Source: Chrysomallon squamiferum (taxonomy: Eukaryota > Animalia > Mollusca). Taken from it: a stretch of DNA of 64,000 bases. The stretch spans positions 14,880,001 through 14,944,000 of the forward strand of contig CM022672.1 in NCBI GenBank assembly GCA_012295275.1. Direction: 5' to 3'. Shown piece by piece: positions 52,831 through 64,000 of the stretch (the first letter of the stretch is position 1; each line of letters begins with the position of its first letter). Under the pieces are notes generated by a model that made no database searches, was not told where the DNA came from, and was given only the letters and a program-made list of their open reading frames with translations. Both the position numbers and the translations under genes were made by a program.

Positions 52831-55800
52831 ATGACATCCAAAGATGACCAGATCCGAGACTCAGTCAAGGATTACTATGGAAAAGAGCTGAAGACAACAA
52901 GCGATTTGAAGACTCCAACTTGCAAGACTCCAACAGTGGCCTTGCCAAAGCACATCCGCGAAGCTCTTGCTGATGTCCACGAAGAAGTTGTGAAAAAGTG
53001 AGACACTGTTGTTGTTGTTTTTTTTACACAGAAAATAGCTTTAGTTGAGTAATGTAGATAAAGCTTAAGCGCGTGCCTGAATGAAAAACTGACTTAAACA
53101 GATGCATTGTACCCGTTTGTACCATTTATTTCGAGCAATTAACTATTCAATTTTTATTTATATAATTTGTAAAAAAGAAAATGTCGTTAAAACGGGATAG
53201 TTTTTTTATTATATAGACAGAAAAATAAGCACATGAACATGTTCAAGTATTTACATGAGTAGATAGATGTGATGATAATTAAATTAAAACACAAACACAC
53301 AGATATACAGATGCACATACATACATACACAGACACAAACAGATGCATGCCAACACACACAGATAGACATCAATAGATCTTTGTCCATGGAACAACAAAT
53401 GGTGTATGTTTATTCACATGGATATATGATAACATATTTGCAATCACAATTTATTTATGAATAATATTAAAAAGTACTTTGAATATAAATTTTAAAAAAT
53501 TGTAGTTGTAATTCATTACAAAATGACTTATTAAGAAACAATCTATCTGAAATATAGTTTATATATATAATATATTATGAAACTCAATTTATTTATAGAT
53601 CTGTTATGTGTAATGTACATTTTATTATTAAAAAGTGTTGTCCTGTATTGTTATTATATTTTAACCACACAATGTCTGAACAGTTTTACTTCCATTACAG
53701 TTGAAATTTTTTATTAATATTATTAATAAATATTAATTATTATTATTTTAAAACTGTAAAAATAAAAAAGTTTTTCTACTTAAGAATAGTAAGAAAAAAT
53801 TATGTTACATTTTAATTTTAACCCCCCAACACGTAACTGAAATATAATCCAGTGCAATATTTATTACAGGTATTATGGGTGTGGTCTGGTGATACCTGAG
53901 AAGCTGGAAGGGGCGAGGATTTTGGATCTGGGTAGTGGGTCAGGAAGAGACTGTTTTGCTATCAGTAAGCTGGTGGGAGAAAATGGATATGTGGTGGGTG
54001 TTGATATGACAGATGAACAGGTAAGTTTTTTTCATTTTATAATTTTATGTCCTTGACTAGCAAACTGTACTGTTCAAAGTTTCTCCATTTGTTTTCAAAA
54101 TTATTATTATTATTATTATTATTGTTTGTTTGTTGAAAATTGATGTAAGATTGGGGAAAAAAAAATTTGTCCTTGAGATATATAAAAGTTGTATGAGCCA
54201 CTAGTTAAAATTAGGATAAAGCTGACAGAATAATTTTAAAAAGATCAGCTATAGAAATAATGTTAAAAGCAAAGTAAAAACTCATATATATATATATATA
54301 ATATATATATATATAATTAAATTTAATAAGGAAATAATGAGATGAAAATTAAAAAAAAAAAAAAACCAAGAAGCTATTCAAATTGGCCAACATTTCACAA
54401 TAGTGTTGACTCATTAGGTTACACTTTTCAGCTTGAGGTGTCAAGGAAGTACATAGATTACCACAAAGAGAAGTTTGGATACAAGAAACCTAATGTTGAG
54501 TTTGTGAAAGGATACATTGAGAAACTCACAGAGGCTGGACTCAAAGAAAACTCATTTGATGTTGTGATGTAAGTTTAGAAATCACATGTAGTTATATATT
54601 TTTTCCCAAAACTTTTTTTATTGCAAAAGATCACAAATTTTCCTTTAATTGGTAAAGATAATAATTAGTTTTCAATAATCAGTCCTGTTATTAAATATGT
54701 ATGTCTCTAGATATATTTTAACTTCTAGTTCGACTATCTTGGTATCAATATATATATACATGTTCATTTTATTTTGTAAAATATAACCATAAACAAGAGA
54801 AATAATTCCCAAATCAAATGAAAACATTACAAGATTTGTAATAACGTGGTTCCTATCTCATATTTTGTTTATACAAAGAAAAAATTTAGCTATTTTGATA
54901 TTAAAATCTGTTTGACATAAAGTAGAGTTTGCTGAGGATAATATAACAAATGAGAATGTTTCAGATCAAACTGCGTTATCAACCTTTCACCTGACAAGAA
55001 ATCAGTGCTAAGAGAAGCCTACAAAGTGCTCAAGGTAAAGTACATTAACACATTTTTATATAAGTAACAATCTGGAGAAAAAAAAACCTTGAGGTGCCAG
55101 GTGTTAATGATTGTGTTGTCATGGTTTCAGGTTGGAGGGGAACTGCATTTCAGTGACATCTACTGTGATCAGGATTTGCCACAGTCAGTGAGAAAACACA
55201 AAGTGCTGTGGGGTGAGCTACTTCAGTCACATAAATAAATAATTTTTTAAAATTATTATCACTTCTTTCACAGTTTGGGGGCAATATATAACTATTATTT
55301 GTTAATTTTCAAATAACAGTCTTTAAAGAAGATGTGGCACTTAATGGTCTGTTTTTGGTTACTGTTAGCTTCATTGAAATATTTAAAAATAATACATTAA
55401 TAATAATAATAATAAAAATAATAAATTAATAGTAATACTAATAATAGTAATAATAATAATATTAGCAAACATTATAGTAGTAATAGTAATAATAATAACA
55501 GCAATGATAATAATAATAATAATAATAATAATAAAAGTAAATTATAAAAACTCCAGTAATAACAGCAATGTGAATGTTTTGAGAGTACTTTGTGGTCTAG
55601 GAATAACAGAGATTTTACATGTCTAACTGCAGGTGAGTGCCTGGCTGGAGCTCTGTGCTGGAAGGACATTTTTGAACTTGCCAAGGAGGTTGGATTCAGT
55701 ACACCCAGACTTATTGCCTTAGTTCCAGTTCCAATCACTAAACCAGAATTCCAGCAGGTTCTAGGTAACAGTGTCTGTCATTTCAGATTTTGAATGTATT

Positions 55801-57366
55801 TTAATAATCTTTACTGGCAGGGACTGATGCTCACAGTATTTAGTGGCAGTAACAGTTAAATTTAGTCATGTTTTCAGAAAGTTAATATTGTATCAGAACG
55901 TTCTCCAGTCACCGAATTAAAAATCGAAGACCAGACACCAACAATATGATAATTATATACTTAATGGTAAACACAGCTTATATAACTATAATTATATTAA
56001 TTTATGATATTAAGAAACAAAATAGAAAATTTTATGATTGAAACTCAGCTTTTAGGATTTCAGGTTGTTTACAAAAATGGAAAGTGTTGAAAATGCTGTG
56101 TATAAATGATAAGAATTATGTAAACAGTGATTGTTTTTTTTCACAGGAGATGCAAAGTTTCTGTCTGCAGAGTATCGACTGTTCAAGTTACCAGAGAAGA
56201 AAGTGAAAGCTCGTAAAGTCATCTACAATGGTGAAATCCTGGGATATGAAGACAAACTGAAGTTTGATTTCAGAGTAACATTCAAGGTAAATTACAATTT
56301 ACCTTCTTAAACAGTGACCAGTAAGCAGTCGATTTTTTTAATTTCTTGTTTGTTTCAGAATGTTGTTAATTATGGGGTTTTTTGCATAGTAAAATACTTC
56401 CTTTTTTTACAGAATGAAGTTTGTTTTACACTGAATGTTTTTCAATCTAAATCATAAGAAGGATCAAAATAAAAGTTTTTTTTTTTTTATTAAACATTGT
56501 TTAAAAGCAGTGATAGGCAGGATTTGTCAAAATACAGAACAAAAATGAACTAATTTTTTAATTTTGTTTTTCAGAAAGGAGATGCTGTCGCTGTAGACAG
56601 TGAACTTGCCACCATCTTGGACAGTTCCAGATACAAGGACGAGTTTGATTTCCAGCCAGAAGGCAGCTTGTGCTGTGAACCCAAGATTCAGATTGTAAGT
56701 TACACTTGTTCAGTTAGTAGATTTTAATTTTTTGTTTCTCTCTCATGTAGACTTTTGTTGTCTATTTGAAGTAAAAAAAAAAAAAAGGAAAAAGGAAAAT
56801 ATAGTCTTTCATACAATTTTTGCTACCTGAACATTTTGTTGTATGAGGTATATTTATGTTCATATATTGAATAATTTTGATTTAACTTGAATAATTAAAA
56901 ATGGAAGGCACAGTTATGTCTGTCTGTTAGATAGTGTTTACTTCATTTCAGCATATCTCACATAAATAAATGCCTTTTTTTGTCTCTGACAATGTATATT
57001 CAAATACACACATGTGTGGATGAATGTCTAAAATCACCATCTAATCCATTCAACTTTTGTTTTATTCTGTTGAGATAACTGATTTTGAAGATACTGAAAT
57101 ATATATTTAAAAAATAAAAGGATACCCGCAAAGTTTAATTAAAAGGGATCAACATGGGTTAGGTCATTTTGGCATTGGCTGATGTTATCAACATCTGTCA
57201 CTATAATCCACACTTTTTCCTTTCTTTGATGTTCAGATCGTGGTGGTTCTGTCCTTTGTGAAACTGATTGCTGTTTTAATTTTTTCAGGACGTAGATCCA
57301 TTCGAGTACATGGAAATCATGAAGAAAGAAGGCACTCTGCCTGCAACCCGTGCATGCTGTAGTTAA
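52831..57366 (+). CDS. AS3MT: Arsenite methyltransferase, copy 2; 9 exons; intact, 358 aa
   Basis: Exons 52831-52997, 53870-54020, 54432-54568, 54965-55034, 55131-55212, 55633-55764, 56147-56286, 56575-56694, 57289-57366 (1077 nt). Four catalytic-position cysteines present (KTPTC, YYGCG, ISNCV, GECL); ends EGSLCCEPKIQI|DVDPFEYMEIMKKEGTLPATRACCS*. Confidence 0.97.
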
Positions 57367-59683
57367 ACGAGATGTCACGTTTTGACAACAAGGACATAAC
57401 ACACTCACAATACAGACAGATACTGCCCAGGAATTGTATCTGCCTTTTGCCATTACTAATATCACATTCTTTTACTGTCGACCATTTTAAATACTAGAAT
57501 AACCGAGATTGCAAACGAAATAACCAATGTTACATGTTGGTTTTTGAAAACAAAGAAACAATTTAATGATTTGTTAATAAATAAATCTGTGGATGCATGC
57601 ATATCTGTCTAACAATGCCATTATTTTAATTTTGTTACTAATATTAAGTATCAAATGAAATTTTTTTTTTTTTTGACTAATAACTTTATTTGAGACTACC
57701 ACACTATGGACTATTTAAATCTAATTAATTACCTGTCATATAAGATATGCAAAGTACAGATTTCTATGGCACAAATAACTGATAATAATGATCATCTATC
57801 TGATTCTAACCAGATTGCAAATTAGTTTTTATTCTAGATTACATCTTGATACAAATAAAATATATTCTAGATTTTATTTCAAATTAAGCTGGAATAATGG
57901 GCTACTCTCTGGATTCCCTGGATTACATAAAGTGCAAGCAGGCAGAAAACTGGGCTACGTATATATAAAAATGTTAATTTTTCCAAAATATTCTCTCCAC
58001 TTTGCTGCTGTGTGTTTGTAAAACAAATAAACAAGACTTTATCAATGGACTATATTTTAAACGAGACATAAAGAAATAAGAAAAAAACAATAAAATTAAA
58101 ACAACAACAAAAACTAAAATTGCTTTTGTTCAACTTTAATGATTGAGTACAGGCACAATAGCATTACAAAAACCTTTCCAAAATTTGATACATATGATTT
58201 TTTTTTTTTAAATAAATTTATGTTATAGTTTATAAATAAGCCATCAGTACTGTTATCTATAATTTTTGAAACACAAATAAATAAATAATGTTTGTGAAGA
58301 ACTGTGATAATTTCATTTTGTTTTGTTTTCTAATTAACTTCATAATAATTTTATCCCACCTTTTTTTTTGGTAGACTGAGAAACATAATTAGTATTTTTA
58401 TTATTTTATGTTTTTTAGAAAATTATTGCTGCACAGTTGTTTTTATTTTTACACTAAACAGAGCTTTTTATCAAATTTAATTGTGCTTCAGTTGTTACGA
58501 TTTAAAGCTTGTGTGTTGTTAATGACAATTTTACACAAATTACATGTATATGCAATAAAATGTAAATTTATAGCACTTGTACTGTTTTACCCTTCACTTA
58601 GATGTTCATATTTCTAGAAACGTTTGCAGATTACGTTTAATAATAATAATAATAATATAACAAAAATGATAAAAAAAAGTAGCTAAAAGAAGAATAAATT
58701 AAAAAAAGAAAACAAAAAAACATTACAATAATCCAGGAAATAAATAAAGTTTAGTGTGATGGTTTGAAATAGATCCCTTGCTTTTAGAATTAAAAAGGTT
58801 TATTTAGTGGTTTAAATTCATCTGACGATTTCAACAAAATTAATGTTTCATGTCATTATCACAAAGCTTTACATATAGTGACACACATTTCAAAGAATTT
58901 AAATGCACAGTGGAAACCGTATATTCACAATATTTAGAATTTGAAGTTTAAAATAAATGAAAAATAAAGTCTATATGACTGATACCACACTACTTTAAAT
59001 GCCTTTTTACTATCTAAAAATAATAAGAAAAATAAATCTTGTAATATATAATATCAAATTTTAGTTGTAAAAAGCTAAATATTTTTAGCTGTGGCAAGAT
59101 ATACATAGTGTATACATGCATTCATACAACACAGAATTTTGTTTTTGGTTCAGCTTTGTTGGAGAAATCTTCTTGTTTGGAAATATTGTCTGAAGTATAT
59201 TATCTTGAGACTTACCAGTTTGGTTATTTTAGAATGCATTAAGCCAAGTTTTAAATCTTTGTTTTTGTATTTTTTTTACACTGCAAAATCACCTGATTAA
59301 CATCTTCATTAATTATTACTCAGATTTTAGATTATTATTTTTACTGAACAAAGTCAAACAAATGCACATTGTTTCCATTTGATAAAAATATTTTTACTCT
59401 ACCAGCTTTTACAACAGGAGGAAAAAGAAAGAAGGAAAAGAAATCCCAATCCAGACTATATTTGTATTAGCTATATATTATTTTAAAACTCCAGCCAACA
59501 ATAAAATAAATATTACTATGGCTAGCTTGAAAAGTATCCAGTGCAAAAAAAATGTAAAAAATGGTAGCAAATCACATTCAAAACATAAGAGGATGTTTAA
59601 AATAAAATATGATATATTAAAAGTCAATAACTTAAGCACCTAAGTTCAGCTTTGTATTGCACGTTGGTTTAAGTATGTTGGTT

Positions 59684-62600
59684 TTACACGGTCAACTTGT
59701 GATGAATGCAGCGAAGCAGATCTTTTGAGACGTTCACTGGAATAATTTCACTCTGACCTCGCAGTGGGACACTCACTCGACCTATCAGCTTGCTGTCACC
59801 ACCCTTTTCATGCAGAACCTGAAATTGATGCACAAACGCTTATAGGAACCTGAAATAATGCCTAGATGCAAGAATCTGAAATCAACACATAAATGAAATC
59901 GTATCTAAATACAAAAACCTAAAATCAATACATAAATACTAAAACCTGAAATCAATAGATTAATACAAAAACCTGAAATCAATACATAAATACAAAAACC
60001 TGAAATTAATACATAAATACAAAAACCTGAAGCAATACAGAAATGTAAGAATCTGAAATTGATACCAAAACAAAAGAACCTGAAATCAATGCCTTTATAT
60101 ACAAACCTGTAATCAATATATAAAAACTTGATACTAATACATATACAATCTGAAGTCAATACATATATAAAATAACTTGAATTCGGTACATAAAATGATA
60201 AATACAAGAATCTAAATTCACTTTATGTATAAGAATCTGAAATTGACACACAAACAAAAGAACCACAAAACGATACATAAATATGGAGATGCATAAACTG
60301 ATAACCAGAAACTAATACATAAATAGGAAGATGTGAAATAATACAATAAACCAGACACTGAAACATAAAATTAAGTACCCAAAATCAGTTGTATACACAG
60401 TGTGGGTATAAATATTAGCATCAGAACTACAGCTGATGTAGCTGATGTTCTTCACACGTAATGTTGGTACACACTATTACATACTATCTTACCTTAGCAA
60501 ACTGAGGGGTGGGGAAGGTGGCGAAGTCTGTGCGGACCTGCCCGCCCGGCCTGTGCGAGGCCAGCAATGTGGTTATCTGCACCTGAACCTGGGGTAATAA
60601 ACAGGTTTGAAAAAGTTACAGTCTCTGTCTTCATCAAGTAGCAGTACTTCCGTTATTCAACATCTATCCTTGTACAGCAATCAGTTTTAAAACTAAAAAT
60701 TAATTTATTAAAAAAACCCTGCGCAGTACAAAACATTTTCTACATTATCTTGGCTAACTAGTATCACAGTAATGGATAAAAAGTACATTTTTTTATTGGT
60801 ACGTTTGAGATAAAAAAAAAAAATAAAAAAACTTTTTTGAAATACTTTTTAATAAATGCATCTATATTCTCTTGCATTACTGGTAAAAAAACAAAATTGC
60901 CTGTGGTATGTCTGACATATAATGAGTGCTAATATTATTATGAAAGATTTGAGATGGCGTTAAACATAACATATAAATAAATTTTGTGCTATTAATAACA
61001 CAGGTGTTCACCTCCTGTATTTCTCTGTTGAGGGAGACGAGTGATGCAGTCTGGTCTACGAGCTGTTTAGCAGGGTTTGTGTTCTCTGTGGCTGGTTTCA
61101 CACCAGGCTTTTTTTTACTAACGTCAATAACACGACAGCAGGCACTCAACTTATTAGCATCCTAAATAATAACAAGATTAATTTTTTTTTAAATAAAACA
61201 ATGAATAATAATATTCTTTATGAAAATGCTTTAAAATATTAAAAAAAACAAAAACAAAAGAATTTAAGGAATAACCCAATAATGTCCAGACATGACAATT
61301 GTATTAATATTTTAATTAAAATTCATTAAATATTTTGTTTATTGTACCAACAGTAAGAACAAAAACAAATAAACCACATAAGAATGAAATCACAGTATAT
61401 TTTGACATCAAATAAAAATAATAAAAATAAATTATTTAGAATCTGTTGCTAAATCTATAATGAATTTTGTAAAATTTGTATCAAGTAAGAAATTATTTTA
61501 AGATTCTTATCATCATTTTACACTTTATAAATTTAAAACATTAAAAAATTAAATTGAAAAATTTCTACTTATTAAAAACAAAAATTGTTTTTTACTTTTC
61601 AATAAATTAATGAGTATACAAACAGCAAGTAAATTGGAGGTTTTCTTCAACAATGTGTTAATCTCATTTTTGCCAACAGTGGAATCAGGCAACTGTCCTA
61701 CAGATACCAATCCTGTAGGACTTGCTAGTCCTACTGGCTTCTTGGGAACTTTCAGTGGTGGAAGATTTGAAAGCGTGTTCTGAAATTAAAAAGTATATCT
61801 TTCAGACAATAACGAGCATTTTACATAGTAAAAAAAGTGAACAGATTAACCAGTTTTAGATAACAGGGGAAAAATAACTGATACAAAACAGTGTATAATT
61901 AATAGTAATTGCAATCCTGATAAAGGTTTTAGTCTATACTTGAACATTCCTGTAAGAAACACACTTCTGTGTGTTTGTGTGTTGTGTATATATATGTGTG
62001 TGTGTGTGCACATGCCATAAACAACTATACAACTATGTTAACAACAATTCAGTTATTTCAGTGACTTACTTTCAACTTCTCTGCCATCAGACGAATGTTT
62101 TCATTCTTTACCAAACGTAATGCTTCTCTTAGACATTCATTCTGAAAATAGTTAAAAAATAAAATCATTTTATGCATGCAATTCAAGTGGTGTAACAATC
62201 ACAAGTATTTCCACTTTTAAACTGTTGCATTCTTGGGGGAGGGTGTCTTGTAAGGATTATTATGTAAAATAAAACATTACACATATACTGGCTTTTGCCT
62301 TCCATTATTAGTTCTTATGCTATTTAGTACTGATATTTAGCATCAAACACATTTTACAAAAAGGATGGAATAAAAATTTCCATTTTTTATCTTTACAATT
62401 TAAAAAAATAAAAAAAATAAAATGATAAGTAGTAGAGAACACAAAACTACATAACTTCCTATTAATATTTTACAATGATATTTTAATAGTGCCAATGCCA
62501 CTTCAATTACAATATATATATATATATATATATACTGAAGTGACATTGCCATGTGCTAGTGAAATACGATTGTAAATTATTATATATCATACACTTTTAG

Positions 62601-62703
62601 CAGTCACTGCTTTACTTTGACTTTACCTGTTGTGTAAGTAAAGGAGAATCATTAGCTTGTCCTCCAGGTAATGCACCAGAGAAAGATCCAGAGGGAGAAG
62701 TGG
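59684..62703 (-). CDS. DCTN1: Dynactin subunit 1 (p150Glued), last six coding exons; gene continues beyond the window
   Basis: Exons 62703-62627, 62141-62070, 61779-61624, 61161-61012, 60588-60493, 59818-59684 read ...NDSPLLTQQ|NECLREALRLVKNENIRLMAEKLK|NTLSNLPPLKVPKK...KKTSNLLA|DANKLSACCRVIDVS...PAKQLVDQTASL...|...HRPGGQVRTDFATFPTPQFAK|VLHEKGGDSKLIGRVSVP...LRCIHHKLTV*, matching the p150Glued C-terminus (DSPLLLQQ, SLPPL, RPGATVPTDFATFPS). Confidence 0.93.
59815..60390 (-). repeat. Approximately 27-bp minisatellite filling most of the last DCTN1 intron, built from copies of the 3' splice site
   Basis: Plus-strand consensus AAAACCTGAAATCAATACATAAATACA, roughly 20 degenerate units; minus strand reads TGTATTTATGTATTGATTTCAGGTTTT. 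Explains the 9-aa-periodic ORF 59905-60207. Confidence 0.9.
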
Positions 62704-63734
62704 CTGAAAAACAAATAAAAATAAAATGATCTGTTCATAATTCAGAATACATTTTACTAAGAATACCCAATTCATTATATATGATTTTCTCTATTATATA
62801 TACATGTAAAAAAAAACCCCAAAACCCAGTAAAAGTTATTATTCAGTATACACTGAGAATAAAATAATACACAATTCATGATGTGCAATGCTGTATTTTT
62901 ATTTCAACATTATGCTATATATAATTAAATAAAAATACTGAGTTAATAAAATTATATAATATATTTGTAATATGTATTTTCATTATGACCATTTTTGATA
63001 AACAAAATCTATATCAAAATACTACAAGTAAAAAAGCTTGCAATAAATGAATAAAGGTTAAAATGAAAAATAAATGTTTGATTTTTCACCACTTTGGGGA
63101 CACTGAATATTTTTAAAGGTGCAATTCTAATTTTCTTTTGACCATGTTTAATCAAATGTAATATTTTCTATGTATTTGTTTGTTTTTTTAATCAACAGTG
63201 TAATGTGTTGGTTATTTTGTCTTTACAGATTTAAAAGACACTTCAGCACAATGGACAATTAATCATTAAGTGTCAGGAAAATAGTATCTCTCCATCTTTG
63301 TAATACTAATTACACTGAACTTAACTGATTAGTGTTACAACATAAAGTGTATTTGACAACACATTACAAAATACTACTACACATATCTTACTTATCACTG
63401 CACATTCACAAACTGTATTAAATAATATTTTTGTAGACTTTACTTTAGATGTTTGGTATCTGTTGAACGTAAATATTATGCAATGTAAAATGTTTTGAAT
63501 TAAAGTGATTAGGATATATTAATTAAAAGCTGAAATTTAATGGCACCTTCCTTTTATGTGTATCATATTCATCTAAGATGCAATAAATTAAATAATCATT
63601 AAATTACAAGCTTTATGATTATATAATAATCCAAATAAATAAAATTATAAAAATAAAAAAGAATGAAATTTAATTTTTTCTTGGAAATATTCAGACATAC
63701 GATGTTCATATCAACGTAAACATTCATGTATACA

Positions 63735-63773
<39 letters not shown>

Positions 63774-64000
63774 CTCTCTCTCATATACATACACATATAC
63801 ACATACACAAATTTTAATAAGAGTACTACTTATGAAAATAAAGATTTAAAAATCTAGTAACTACAGAAAATGTTTTAAAACTTCAGAAAAACTAGATTAT
63901 TAAAGGTCTGAAAACAACTAGCATTTTCTGAAGTATGTAAATACTACCATGTTTAGTTCAGTAAACTGAATTAAATCTATTTATCAGCCTAACATGAACA

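Noticed and set aside
59905-60207. ORF with 9-aa repeats (GFCIYVLIS)
   Set aside because: Product of the 27-bp intronic minisatellite; no independent coding evidence.
59815-60390. CRISPR-like appearance of regular ~27-bp repeats
   Set aside because: Head-to-tail degenerate units with no unique spacers, inside a eukaryotic intron, no cas genes.

Overview
AT-rich, microsatellite-rich eukaryotic (animal) genomic DNA with compact GT-AG multi-exon genes; gene content and style suggest a lophotrochozoan such as a mollusc, but the species cannot be determined from sequence alone. Hand splicing gives eight protein-coding genes in order: (1) a very large SoxH/Sox30-like gene (+, 927-8574) with TWO HMG boxes (one degenerate, one canonical) and an apparent +1 frameshift in its last exon; (2) a short RING-HC protein with a hydrophobic C-tail (-, 13269-15975), head-to-head with (3) an Ikaros/Hunchback-family C2H2 zinc-finger gene (+, 19157-21807); (4) NAGK (-, 30951-36875), head-to-head with (5) TMEM230 (+, 38152-41351); (6,7) two tandem arsenite methyltransferase (AS3MT) paralogues (+, 45204-48755 and 52831-57366) with patchy gene conversion, the first carrying a 1-nt insertion that removes its Cys-Cys tail; (8) the 3' end of dynactin p150Glued, DCTN1 (-, 59684-62703, continuing beyond the window). 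Most notable: the double-HMG SoxH, two +1 frame disruptions that can both be repaired at an in-frame CTT codon (assembly error versus recoding), the AS3MT duplication, and repeated local duplication of splice sites and gene ends (array of acceptor copies in the last DCTN1 intron, duplicated donors in NAGK and TMEM230, tandem-amplified NAGK C-terminus, intronic inverted repeat around NAGK exons 4-7). No rRNA, tRNA, CRISPR array or intact transposon was recognised. All coordinates and splice models were derived by eye.
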